A stretch of 64,000 bases of DNA from Takakia lepidozioides (Eukaryota; Plantae; Bryophyta). Each line of letters starts with the position of its first letter. Positions within the stretch are counted from its first letter, which is position 1. Of this stretch, positions 25,066 to 37,322 are shown one piece after another. The notes under the pieces were generated by a model that was not told the DNA's origin, made no database searches, and worked only from the letters and a program-made list of their open reading frames with translations. Location: positions 39,060,001-39,124,000 of the forward strand of contig CM060732.1 of the NCBI GenBank assembly GCA_030704615.1, written 5' to 3'. Made by a program: the position numbers and the translations under genes.

Positions 25066-26639
25066 GGATGCACATGAGAACGACTGGAATTGTTTATTTT
25101 AGATTCTCTATGTGAGTGGAGAGTTGCAGGCGCTTGGACCTGCACATCCCAGTATTCCTTAATGATGATTGAAGGCCTCGACGAGGTGGTCCAGCCAAGA
25201 GGTTGATGATCTGGAGATGATCTGTTCAGTTCATCTCATGCACAGTAGGGCAGGGCGATCTCATTCAATGGTCTTGGCTGTGAGGCTACTTGGTGAACAG
25301 CTTGGAAGAGGCATCGCAGATCAAAGTCTAGTTTGCAGTGAAGATTAGCAGCTCAGCTTTTGCTCTATAACTTCTGCGGGCAAACTTTTCCATGGACATC
25401 TCTTCATCCCAGAGATAAGGTCAGGACTTGAGTACCTCTAAATACATACACACCTCTGGAGATAAACTAAATCCAGAATGACAATCCTCAAATCAAACAT
25501 CAAGCACATTAGATGATGAAATTGCTGATTTCATGTGTTTGAAAGTGACAAATTTGGTTGAAAGAGCTTTACTGGTACGAGTAGCCTGCTCGTGTTTTCA
25601 ATCTAGTTATGACTACTCACCTTCTTCAAAAAAGCAGCCTTTGGCTGAGTATATATTTCAGTTCAGGGCATACGTCTAAGAAGGGAATTTTTTTCTCACA
25701 GAAGTTTTGTTCTGGTCTTGTCTTTTACCCAAAATGTTCATTTCAACTCAACAGGGGTCGTGAAGTAGATTGGAGAGGCAGGTCATCCCCAAGGGTAAGT
25801 TGCTTTAAACTACTATGGCTACTGTTCTATTCACTTGTTAATTTTAATATAGTCATTATAAGCTAGTGCAAAGTCCATTGCATTCTTGGTCAAAAGGCAA
25901 GTATGACTTGTGACAATTGTGAGAGAGCTCCAGGCAAGTCAGTGGTCTCCACGTTGCCAAGGATCCTACAAGTCCTGACATTGCAAAGCCCATTGGCACT
26001 TGCTTGAAAACGACAAGTATGACCTTGACAATGGGGACAATGGTGACCTCCTTCAGTGGGCATAGGTGAGCATATAAGCTCTAACAATAGTAGGAAATAT
26101 GTCCGCGTTTGTGCTTCTGTTGATGATGCGTTGCATTGGGCTGCGGATCTGCTTGAGAAGACCTTAGTACAACACGCACCGAAGTTCAGAGGGCAGGGCA
26201 GGGGCCGAGACCGACCCATCTGAGCAAGTGTTTTCTGGGTTAGAGGAAAGAGGTAGCTAAGAGCTTGGGCATCTGCATGGTGAAATTGTTCAGCAATATC
26301 ACAGCACAATAATGTGAACAGGAGTGATGCAGTCCCCATGCTCAGAAGAGGCACCCCAGCATGTGGCAGGGCTTGGAAGGTCGCAAGTGTGTGGACACCT
26401 CTTTCGGATATGACATGGCCATTCTATTTTGCACAGTGGGCAAGTGAAATCAATAGTGATGAAGTGAAAGCCTGAATGCCTACATATCTTAGGTGAGGTA
26501 ACCACTTTCTCCCAAGACGCTTTGCTCCAGGCAATGCATACCACCAATGCACGGGTGTTGGGTTTCAAGTCCTGAGTCAGACCCACTTGTTTGTAGTGCG
26601 TCCAATTGGGGCCAAGGGTCTGATCCTTGACATGATTAA

Positions 26640-27275
26640 CATCTCCACACGGCGTCTGGTGGAGTGGAAAGAGTCCGATTGAATGGAGGGCCTCCAGGGA
26701 CGTTATGCAACTCGTGGGGATGTGAGGACAGTGTTCCGGGAAGAACGATTGAAAGAGGAAAGCAACATTTCCAAGGACATGATATGGAGCAACGAGGCTT
26801 TCGCTGTAATCCGGTACGTGCGTTCGTCTCTTGCAAGAATACGCCCGCACGAAGGCCCTCGCAGATGGCAAAGGTGTTCATGCCCAGTACATCATCAAAA
26901 GCCGATTTCAGCCAGATATCTTCCTTGGAAGCACCCTCGTCAACACGTATTTGACGTGCGGGAGTTATATTGTTAGCGAGTGCCAAGTGTTTGACAATAT
27001 GCCCAAACTGAAGGTGATCTCATGGACTGCCATGATTCCGGGCTCTGCTCAGCAAGGGCAAAAATGAAGAGGCGTTTGACCTCTTTCAGCAAATGCAACG
27101 AGAAGGCGTGCTCAAAGCCTGACAAAGTCACTTTCATTATCGTCCTCAACGCATGCGCTAGAGTAGCAACTCTGGAGGAGGACAAACGGGTGCATGCCCA
27201 AGTTACTGAGCTGGATTTGCGTTAGATGTCTCGTGGGTAATACCTTGTTGACATATATGCCAAGTGTGGTAGTGA
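26640..27275 (+). pseudogene. PLS-class pentatricopeptide repeat (PPR) gene fragment
   Basis: Across frames it reads ALADGKGVHAQ, DIFLGSTLVN.Y..CG, VFDNMP...VISWTAMI.G.AQQG, PDKVTFIIVLNACA...LEE.KRVHAQ, VGNTL..IYAKCG, with frameshifts. Confidence 0.85.
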
Positions 27276-27588
27276 TCAGCAGCACTTTATTTGAGGGGAA
27301 CCTTCATAGGCCTACGACATTACACACTGAAATGGTGATCAAACGCCAGAGACTGGCCCTAATAAGGAAGAAAAACCATACAAGGCAAAGGAGGCCCATA
27401 GAATACTACCAAGGACAAAGCCGTGGTGAGAACATTAGAGAAACTGAGCAGCTGGTAGAAGTTGTCCTTGTCGGCCGTCTCCAGAGGAAAATGCACACTG
27501 TACATTACAAGCTCCCAATACCTTTTGTAATCGATCCCAATGCCCTCTCATGCGCTCGAGATCCTTGTGTCAAAAGAGGTTGTTTTGT

Positions 27589-28170
27589 CTAAGAGATAAT
27601 CTGGATGGCAGCATTTGAGCCCAGAATAATCTCGGTGGCGTTAACCGCTCCATCCAACTGAGCTGTCGATGAGTGGTCAATTACTTGCATAAGTTCCCGC
27701 TTAGACATATTATCGAGGTGCAAAGAGTACAATTCCATATTCTTGAAAGCAATGTACAGCGAGATTGTTAGTCCCACACAGAGCATGGCCGCTGTGATTG
27801 CGAGGCGGTACTGTTCTGGTGCTGGCACGATTGCCAAACCGGCACTTACGAATCCTAATGCACACCACAAAAGCGAGAAGTACACCAACGATCGGATCAG
27901 CAGCCGGGGTCTGAGAAGGCTTGAAGGCATCAACTCCTGTGGAGGGAACCCAACAGCATGTATACACAACGCAAGACCCCAAACTGAGGAGCTGAAGGAA
28001 ATGAAAACGTAGAGAAGAAAGCAAATAAGTTGCGGGCTTGTAGTCCGAGCGAAGCCTTGTGAGTCGAATGAGCCTGGTGGCTGAAGAAAGCCAGAGAATG
28101 AGACACCGATCAGCATCGCCAGAGCTGCACCATACATGCCCAGTTCGAATGCTTCTCCATTCTGACTCAT
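27589..28170 (-). CDS. PGG-domain-like four-transmembrane protein, single exon
   Basis: AALAMLIGVSFSGFLQPPGSFD resembles the PGG signature and is followed by three more hydrophobic helices. ATG is at 28170 and the frame is intact. Confidence 0.6.
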   Translation of the reverse strand: MSQNGEAFELGMYGAALAMLIGVSFSGFLQPPGSFDSQGFARTTSPQLICFLLYVFISFSSSVWGLALCIHAVGFPPQELMPSSLLRPRLLIRSLVYFSLLWCALGFVSAGLAIVPAPEQYRLAITAAMLCVGLTISLYIAFKNMELYSLHLDNMSKRELMQVIDHSSTAQLDGAVNATEIILGSNAAIQIIS

Positions 28171-29480
28171 TGTGAGGACCCCCAACACTCCGTGCTCAAT
28201 CCCACTCAGTCCAGAGTCTCAACTCTCAACTCACTCTCTCCCCCCCAGGTACAACCCACCACTGATACTGCTTCTGTTGTTGTGGTGGCCGACCTCCACT
28301 GCGCACAGATCTTAATGTGTGCAGCTTGTAAGCTGCTCTGAGAATACCACAAGAGCGAGTTGTATTTGAAGTCAATTTCAAGGAGCTTTGTGGGCCACCC
28401 TCATTTCGTAAAGGATTTTGGGGGGCAGATTCTCCCTTTTTTGAGGCAAATTAAAATGCAGAAGATCGACGCTCCACGGCGCTGGCGCATTCTGTAAGGG
28501 GGGGGTGACTGAGCAGCAGCAGCTCGGCTTCACCTTTCGTAAAAGACGAAGCTGTCCGTTTTCGATGTTTAAAAGTTGAATCCGGAACCGGACCCGTCTC
28601 GCTTGGTTTGCGATTTCTTTTGTCCGGGCCATGATCTGCATGGCAGGCAGCAGCATTCTTGCGCTTTAATTAGAGGGGGGAGGGTGGGGCCCTCGATCTC
28701 CACTCTCCCTAGCGGCTGATTGTTGGCATTGATCTGCTGTGTTGCACTAGTTGCACTGATCTAGGGGGAGTGACTGCACGTTTCTCCTCTGCGTTGCCAC
28801 TAGGGATTGTCACGTCATTGTAGCTCGCTGCAAGTTTGAAAATCGTCTGCCCAAAATAGATCCATAAAGAATGGGGGGACAGATTCCATAGTCTGGGAAT
28901 ACAGCCCCCGTCCCGGGACAAAAACCTGTAATCACGTGCGAGGGAAAATTCCTGTCAGGGAAGCCCTAATTTTAACAAAGCCAAAAAATCTGAAGGTTTT
29001 TACGCAATCCTAATGGGCAGTTTGACTGCCATAATCGGCTGTTTGACTTTTAGTGGCTCATTATGGCCTGCAGCCAATCAGGGCCTCGCAGAATCTGCCC
29101 CCGAAATTCCTTTAGGCCAGGGAAGGCCCCCCTAGGGTGAGTCACTAGGGCGAGGCCGATAGTACGTTGAAGGCAGGTGTAGCATATTCTGCCACTTTTG
29201 AGACTGATTCTCAGACCGAATTGGCAGTGGCACAGAGGACGGCAGAGAGCCCGCCCGCCCGTACACATTCCCACCCTTTGTGGCTCGCCCCGTTTATATC
29301 CTCTCAGGGCCCTGAATCTGGGCAATCGGTATGGATAATTGACCCGCAATCATATTGCACCAGGTGGCGGCGAGAGTACGCTACACCTGATTTTAGAGGG
29401 TCGTGTTTGGCCGACTCGCCTCAGAATTTTGTGGGCCTCGTCGTTATGAGGCCACACGCTGCAGAGGGGACAGCCCCTCC

Positions 29481-29709
29481 CAGCGTCCGGGAAATAATTT
29501 CAGTTGAACCAGCCAATGGCCCCTCATTCTGAGAACCAACCGGCTAAGTGGGTTGGGGAGTCTGGTTGCTTCCCCTTAATGGTAACTGCAATAGTCAATT
29601 TCCTATGTGAACATACTCGGTAAATTTTCGAAGGTTTCAATTTTCACTCCGAAATCCTCAGAATCAGTCGGCTAGCATGTAACTAGCTGCCGGTTCTCCC
29701 CCTTGGTTG
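29481..29709. mobile_element. 229-bp insertion (hAT-like, non-autonomous) in the left TIR
   Basis: It is absent from the right TIR and is flanked by an exact 8-bp direct repeat GCCCCTCC (29473-29480, 29710-29717). It has CA...TG ends and AACCGG-like internal motifs. Confidence 0.65.
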
Positions 29710-29766
29710 GCCCCTCCTATCACGGCCCGCACGCTTGGGCCCTTGACCTGCAGCCCCTGCCCGCCC

Positions 29767-29895
29767 CTAACCTCCTGCCCTAACCCCCAACTAACCTAAC
29801 CTAACCCCAATCTGACCTGACCCTCAACCCTAACCTGACCCAACCCTTAACCCTCACCCTAACCCGACCTTAATCTAACCCTCAACCCAACCCAT
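29767..29895 (+). repeat. Degenerate telomere-like (CCCTAA/CCTAA/CCTGA)n array in the left TIR
   Basis: The sequence reads ccctaacc...taacctaacctaacccc...ccctaacctgaccc. Confidence 0.85.
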
Positions 29896-30473
29896 AGTCC
29901 ATTTTTGAACCAGGGCTAGTTATCGTCTCTCTCTCTCGATCAACGTAGGCCTTGTGGACCGGCTTTGCTATCGAGTTTCAATAGCTTTCTCTTTCATGCA
30001 TCATCATCATCAGCTTCTATTAGTTCACATGAGGAAAGGAGGAGGAAAGGAGAAGGTGGAAGAGGAGGTGCAAAGAAGAACCACAAATACAAGGTTTTTC
30101 TTTTGTGTTGATAATTACTTGTAGATAGTGTGTTGACAACTTCTTGTAGATAGTCATTTTCATTCAATTTTAGGTTGGATCTTTGTTTCTCTTTCTCGCT
30201 TCTCACTCTCGTTCTCACTCTCACTCTTATTCATTTTCATAGTACAACCTAGATAGACATTTCATTTCAAGTTTACATTAATTTAAATTCTCTTTTGTCT
30301 CTTTTTCTATGGTTTTTCTTTTTATCTCCATCTCTCTCGCTCTCCATCTCTTTCTTTCTTTCTCTCTCTCTTTCACACAATAGCATTAGGAGGATTTTAT
30401 AGATTTGTTACTAATCTAGCTTCCATAATATGATTTCTTCTCAATTTTTAGAATAAACACGGCAATAAAAGGC

Positions 30474-32842
30474 ATGGACTACGAGCCTCTGAGCTCCAGT
30501 AAGCTCTAAATATCTTTCATTGCATTGAGGATGTAGTTGCGGAATCTGGCAGAACGATTTGAAGTACAAAATCCTACTTCTAAAATGTTTAGGTTTGGGG
30601 ATTTGAAATGGATTCCACAAACACGGTGGGGAGGTGGAAAGAATGTGAACTGTATTATTGCGTATATTCCATGGGACCGCGTGGAGGATTTTACTGAAGG
30701 AGAGAAACAACACCCACATGCCCCCTACAAATTTCACACTTTACAAGAGTCGGAAAGGAGATCCAAATCTGTCAGTTCCCAATGACGACAGTTTCATTAC
30801 CCACAAATGGTATGTTACTTAATCTTATGTATTTGAGTGTTTTTTTCTATGATGCATTGTTTGTACCTTATCTTTTATCTAGTACCATAATGGAAATTAG
30901 TTGAATAATAAGTGGATGATCAAACTATAGGTACCAATGTGTGTGGGGCACACGACATTACCATCAAAAGCCATTGTCACCCAAAATTCCAAATCGCAAG
31001 AAACGAAGAGACAAAAGTGCGCTTGGCGAAACATCTAATCGCGTTCTCTCTACAAGTTCTCAGTCAAACAACTATTCTTGTATCCATCAATTGCGGAGGT
31101 GACATTTTATCATTGGGACCATATAGTTGCGGAAGGCAATCCTAGCCATGGGGTTTTGGATCATCGGTCAGTTAACCGACCATCTCAATTCGCTTCATTC
31201 ATTTCAGAGGATCTAAAGCAATGGATAAAGACAAGGCTTGATTGTGGTGATACCCCTCGGCATATCTTCAATGAGCACAAAAAACGATGGTCTGAGAAGA
31301 AAGAGGTGGGTGGTCTAATAATCAGAGACGACTTCCTCAAAATGTATGATGTTCTAAACATTGCAAGGATACGGACAACTGAGACTTACAAGCGTCAAGA
31401 TGATCCAGCACAAAGTGTGCACATGTAGGTATTGGAATTTTCTTCACTATGTATTTTTTTACGAACAACAGCCTCAAGTGGGAGGATTACCGTTCACACT
31501 CGGAATACAAACAAGCTACCAAAAACATAAAATGTTGGAGTGGGGACATGAATGATTGGTTTCGTGCGATGCCACATTTGGCACAAATAATCAAAAGTTC
31601 CAATTGTTCACTCTGTTGGTATTTGATAAACATTTCAATGGTGTGCCTGTAGCATGGATAGTCACAAGCAGAGGACAAGCAAATGATCTTGTGCAGTGGA
31701 TGACAGCACTTTAGGCTTACATAAAAGATTCTGATCCACATTGGTTACCTTCATCTTTCATTGTTGATGACACAGATGCAGAGATCAATGCTATAAGGTA
31801 TATTTAATTCTCTTACTTGCTCTTACAATTTGTTTTCAACATGTTTATTGTGCATGTTCACATGTTGTGGTTTGTACTTAGAGTGAAATGATGAATATTA
31901 ATTTTGTTAAGATTTTTTGATGATTGCAGGAAAATGTGGGGGCCATCTATGCCCATTTTTCTCTGTTTGTGGCATGTTCAGAAGACATGGATGAAGAATG
32001 CTTGTAGTAAGGTGGGAAATATTGTTGTCCGCAGTGCACTATTGGAGGGTCTTCGTCACATTATGTATATGTCATCCTTGTCAAACGGAAGTCCCAAAGA
32101 CATCGAGATCAGAGCAACTAACAGTGTGAATGCATTATTCATGAAGTACCCTACCGAGAGGGTTTTCGAGCAACATTTCCGTAGGGAATGGCGTTCCAAA
32201 ACAAAAATGTGGGTGACCAGTATTCGAAAAGGTCCACATGCTGGTTAAGAAACCAATGCAGCCATTGAGGCTTTACCATGGTAATTTAAAGTCTCGACTA
32301 TCTGAGTCGAAAAAAACTATGAAGGGCATGAGAGTGGATTGGCTTATATACGAATCGGTGGGCGATGTTGCAAGACATTATTTATACATGGACCACATGA
32401 AGACCAATGGGTTTGTGACTAATTCCAAAGCAGAATTGTTGATTGAAAGTTCCGTTGTGAGAGCAAGCAATATACTTGACTCCGATGTTGTGTATTCCAT
32501 CAAGGGATGGAGAGCCTTTTCACGTACGAAGCACTCAACATCCTTTCACAAAGTTCCATCAAGTATATAATCCCATAGGTGAATGGGCATGTTGCACATG
32601 CGATTGGGCATTGCGGGGCAACTTGTGTAAACACCAAATTAAGGTTATACAACTGATAAAAAACATCCTTGGTACTCAATTTGTGCAAATTTGTGGTGCC
32701 GAGTTGGGAGCTACTTGGAGCGGTCTTCATGCCTTATTTGAAGACACCAACAACTCACACCACACAGAACTCATGCTGGAAGATGGGTTGCATCAAGGTA
32801 AACACCCATTCCTTATTTATGTACATCTTATATTTTTGTAAG

Positions 32843-32884
<42 letters not shown>

Positions 32885-33344
32885 ATCTACATCTATAATG
32901 AAACAACTATAAGCAAAGTGTATTTCTTATAATATATCCATGTGGGTTAATATAATGTTATTTTCGTTTGTTATGGCATACAGACGAAGCTTCCCCAATT
33001 GACAACCTACCTTCCTGTCAAAACACTTGTGATACTCTGAAGTCTGATATGCGATCTATTGCCAAAACAATGGAAGACGTCATTCATACTATGGAAGGGG
33101 CTAGTCCACAATTGGTTGGTCATACTCTGGCTATGGTGTAAGCAGTGTATGGTAAGTGCGATCGCTGAAGAGTTTAGCAGAAGAAGACATGATGCATCCT
33201 TCTCAAGCCTTTCAAAAAATCGACGATAATGGTGACAACTCCATTCGCCGAAAGAAAGATTTCTTGGAACGTAGTAAAGGTTGGAAGCGCACGAAAACAT
33301 CCGGAAATGACACTATGCATGTTAGTCTAGCCCATAGTTCATGA
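30474..33344 (+). pseudogene. Mutator-type DDE transposase with SWIM zinc finger, intron-containing, with multiple stops and frameshifts
   Basis: Motifs: VQNP, IPWDRVEDF..GE, SHG..D, ISEDLK, RDDFL, PFTLGIQT, SCDATFGTN (D1), VPVAWIV, FIVDD (D2), FLCLWHV (CxxH), ETNAAIEA.YHG (E), RVDWLI, CTCDWALRGNLCKH (SWIM). From recall it resembles the Arabidopsis At4g13970/At1g60560 family. Confidence 0.88.
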
Positions 33345-33519
33345 AAACATTGAGCAACGAAGAATGTCTATATGGATTTCCTGCTATATTATAAAATGTG
33401 AAGCCCCGAGGTCGCTTTTTTGTTGATGCCAATAAACAAACACTAAATTATACTTCGGTCAAGCTTCAAAACCCATAAACTTCATGGAAAATGGTTGATT
33501 TCTTGACAATATCTTGAAT

Positions 33520-35380
33520 CTCATACTACCTACGTGAAGGTAATTCTTCAAAGATAGTTTGGCATTAAGCAATAGTGAGTGTTGTTGGAAATAGGGCACT
33601 ACCCACATGCAGGTAGGCCCAAAGTTCTGGAAAATTGGGGGGTGTCAAACTACCTACGTGTGGGTAGCCCAGAAAAGACCTCTCTAAGTTGTTGGAAATA
33701 AGGCACTACCCACGTGCAAGTAGTCCCAAAGTCTCTGGAATATTTACCTATTCCTGACTACCTTTGTGTAGGTAATTCAGAAAAGACCCTTTCTAAGTTG
33801 GAAATAAGGTCAGTACCCACTTGTAGGTAGTCCGAAAGCCTTTGGTACATTTAGGTGTGCCCAAGTACCTACGTGTAGGTAGTCAAGAAAAGACCTCTCA
33901 AATTTCTTGAAAATAAAGTCAGTACATACCTAGTAGTCGGAAATGACCACCCTAACAACTCGCCAGTCCCTACCCACTACCTGCACGTGAGTAGTGACAT
34001 TTCCAACAACTTACGGAAGGCCATTCTCAGACTACGTGAAGGTAGATTTTCAAAGGATTTTTAAAGTAAACGTAGTTCCAACATTGTTAAATACATTGCA
34101 AGTTCGGGACTACCTGCACAAGGGTAGTGCGTTTATTTCCAACTTAGGAGAGGGTCTTTTTTCGGACTACCTGCACGTAGGTAGTTGCGTGGGTAGTGCC
34201 TTTATTTGCAACTTATGGGAAGAGTACTTTTTTCCGACTACCTGCACGTAGGTAGTTTGGTGTACAATTTTTTTCCCTACCTGCACATGGGTAGTGCCTT
34301 CATTTCCAACTTAGGGGAGAGTTCTTTTAAGGACTACCTGCACTTAGGTAGTTTGGTATACAAAATTTTTCTAACAAGTTGGGGACTACCTACACGTGGG
34401 TAGTGCCTTCATTTCCAACGTAGGGGAGAGTTCTTTTTCGGCCTACCTGCACGTAGGTAGTTTGGTGTACTAAAATTTCCAGCAAGTTGGGGACTACCTG
34501 CATGTGGGTAGTGCCTTCATTTCCAACTTAGGGGAGAGTTCTTTTTCGGACTACCTGCACCTAGGTAGTTTGGTGTACTAAAATTTTCCAGCAAGTTGGG
34601 GACTACTTGCACGTGGGTAGTGCCTTCATTTCGAACTTAGGGGAGAGTTCTTTTTAAGGACTACCTGCACATAGGTAGTTTAGTGTAGAAATTTTTTCCA
34701 GCAAGTTCGGGACTACCTGCACGTGGGTAGTGTCTTCATTTTGAACTTAGGGGAGACTTTTTTTTAAGGACTACCTGCACATAGGTAGTTTGGGGTAGTC
34801 ATTTTTTCCAGCAAGTTCGGGACTACCTGCACGTGGATAGCGCCTTGATTTCCAACTTAGGAGAGGGGACTTTTTAAGGACTACCTGCACGTAGGTAGTT
34901 TGGGGTAGTCAAGTTTTCCAGCAAGTTCGGGACTACCTGCACGTGGGTAGTGCCTTGATTTCCAACTTAGGAGATGGGACTTTTTAAGGACTGCCTGCAC
35001 GTAGGTAGTTTGGGGTAGTCAAGTTTTCCAGCAAGTTCGGGACTACCTGCACGTGGGTAGTGCCTTTATTTCCAACTTAGGAGAGGGGACTTTTTCTGGA
35101 CTACCAGCACGTAGGTAGTTTGGGGTAGTCAAGTTTTCCAGCAAGTTGGGAACTACCTGCATGTGGGTAGTGCCTTTATTTCCAACTTAGGAGAGGGGAC
35201 TTTTTCTGGACTACCAGCACATAGGTAGTTTGGGGTAGTCAAGTTTTCCAGCAAGTTGGGGACTACCTGCACGTGGGTAGTGCCTTTATTTCCAACTAAG
35301 AGAGGTCTTTTTCGGACTACCTACACGTAGGTAGTTTGGTATAGATCATTCAGGGACTACTCACACTAGCTAGTTTGGTA
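33520..35380. repeat. Internal tandem array with a 110-bp unit containing two ACTACC-N8-GGTAGT dyads; the left part is inverted
   Basis: GACTACCTGCACGTGGGTAG recurs at 34601, 34711, 34821, 34931, 35041, 35151 and 35261. The stretch 33520-33960 holds reverse-complement units (GTTGGAAATAAGGCACTACCCACGTGC). Confidence 0.92.
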
Positions 35381-35705
35381 TAGCTCAATAATCTTAAATC
35401 TTTGTAATGACTAGGTAGTGATATAATTTCCAATGACTTGAGTCTTGAGGAAGGTAGTTTCATAAAAGAAATGATAAATGGGTAATGGACCGAATGTGAT
35501 ACCCTTCATGACGACCATGTAGGTACTCTTGTGAAGCCCCATAAACCAGAAGACAGAGTGTGCATTAATGAGTGGGCTATGATGCATGTAGGTAGTATTG
35601 AGTGAATGTCCAACTATCTTTCTGAATGGGTCAATACACAAGAAAAAATTGAAATGTCTTGGAATTTTTATACATGTAACGTATCGGTACAACTGCCTTG
35701 CACAT

Positions 35706-37322
35706 TTATCCCCTAGTTCTCCTAGTAAGAAGGCGAGCCCCTATGCCATCACCCATGTTCGCAAAATATTGAGATTCAGAAGTAAATCCCATCGATTCGA
35801 GTTGTTCACAAGTGGGTGTTACTCCCGTATGAGGTCGTGTACTTAGTGAGGTGACACGAGCATGGGCACGATCACGTCCACGACCTCGACCTCGACCTCG
35901 ACTAGTAGAAGCAATATGATCTTCCACTATTTGGACTGCACCATCCTCATGGGCGGTTTCATGTTCCTCAGAATAACAACTGAGAATGTCCACAGGAGAA
36001 TTCTCATAGATGGAAGGAGTTGGAATAACCTCACTTTCGTCCACGTTCTTCTCCAACTGTGAGACGGAGTCAATTGTAGAAACTTGGACATCGACCATCA
36101 TTTCTTGGCTTTGTGAGGCTGAACCGTGCTCATGAATAGGAGACGATGCAGGATTTTCCTCATTATAGACAACAAGACCCGTTGAAGTGGATGGGAGATT
36201 GCCTGTACATTCATCCCGTGTATCTGAAGCATATCAATCGTGAGGACATGACCATCACTTGTCTTATCTGGACTCCTCTCCGGACAAATAAATAGATCCA
36301 CATCTTCACCATTCGGACCACATCCACCATGGACATGCGTTGCATGTGAACAAGTCAATGAATGCAAACCTTCATCATTCGGATCGTCATATCCATCATC
36401 GTGCACCTCATTGTCGGAAATCTCTTCACTTGAGTCAGATACAGGCAATCCATGTTTGAGCCTGTATGTCCTTGTTGCCACATTACTTTGTTCCACGCGC
36501 ATGTTCTCCTTCAGTTTCCAAGTCGCCATGGCTTTCGACACATAAGAAGCCATGAAGTCGTCCTTGCTTTGTTCCCATCTACAAGAAACATGTGTACATT
36601 TGTGACTTTGAAGCAAACAAAGAAACATATACATACAAACAAGACGCCAAACATATACAATCAATTAAATCAAACAAAAACATACTCGTACCTCCAACGC
36701 ACACTTTGTTGATCATGATACTCCAAAGCCAAATCCAGTTGCTGAATGCGAGTCTCCAAACCACTGTCCCACCCACTCTTTGTCCATGTTTTCCTCATGT
36801 CTGCCTGTTCAGCTTTGGAGTAGTTGTTGGTTTTCAATTTCTTGAAAAGACCCAACACATACTCCCGGGTGTTGTGGTCATTTAATTTGCGGAGATCTCG
36901 CAACTCTCCATCTCCCCAACAGTTGATACATGTAGCAGCATACATGTCCACGTCCAAAACCTCCGCAAGTAACGGTTTACGGATCCACTCAGGCATAGGG
37001 GCCCAAACCTGTGGTTTCTTTGTCATACAGTTCTTTGCCGCAATTTTGTATCTATGTCGTGCCTTACTTTGGGCATTGGCCAACCGTTTGTGAGGATTAG
37101 AGAAAGTGCGCTTGCGCTTTCATATGGTCTATTCATTCGAATCTGTGGCCTTCCAGATTTGCCAGTTGCCATTACCAACCCATGACCCTCCCTCATCATA
37201 TGCATATTAAGCCCCGCTTTCCTACTATACCCCACTTTTGGGCCTTTCTGGCATAATAGACACTTGTAGAATCCGGATGAGACGTCTTGTTCATAGTGCA
37301 CGCCTTCTGTTGTCGTGTTCAT
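35706..37322 (-). pseudogene. Accessory gene of the Mutator-like element: N-terminal C2H2-like zinc finger, helical middle, acidic and RG-rich tail
   Basis: The ATG follows a TTTCTAG acceptor and the protein includes YKCLLCQK...LNMHMMREGH. ORFs 37023-37322, 36670-37083, 36098-36578 and 35706-36101 link through frameshifts and a GT-AG intron at about 36692-36579. RGRGRGRG lies near the C-terminus. Confidence 0.6.

Larger units (their letters stand above)
23184..29004. mobile_element. TIR-bounded cargo unit (Pack-MULE-like) with no transposase
   Basis: 23184-23408 and 28772-29004 are ~230-bp high-identity inverted repeats (e.g. CTTCCCTGACAGGAATTTTCCCTCGCACGTGATTACAGG versus its reverse complement). 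They enclose GH105, a PPR remnant and a PGG gene. Confidence 0.7.

Noticed and set aside
33520-35380. CRISPR-like array of palindromic repeats
   Set aside because: The sequences between the dyads are themselves repeated rather than unique spacers, there are no cas genes, and the context is eukaryotic.
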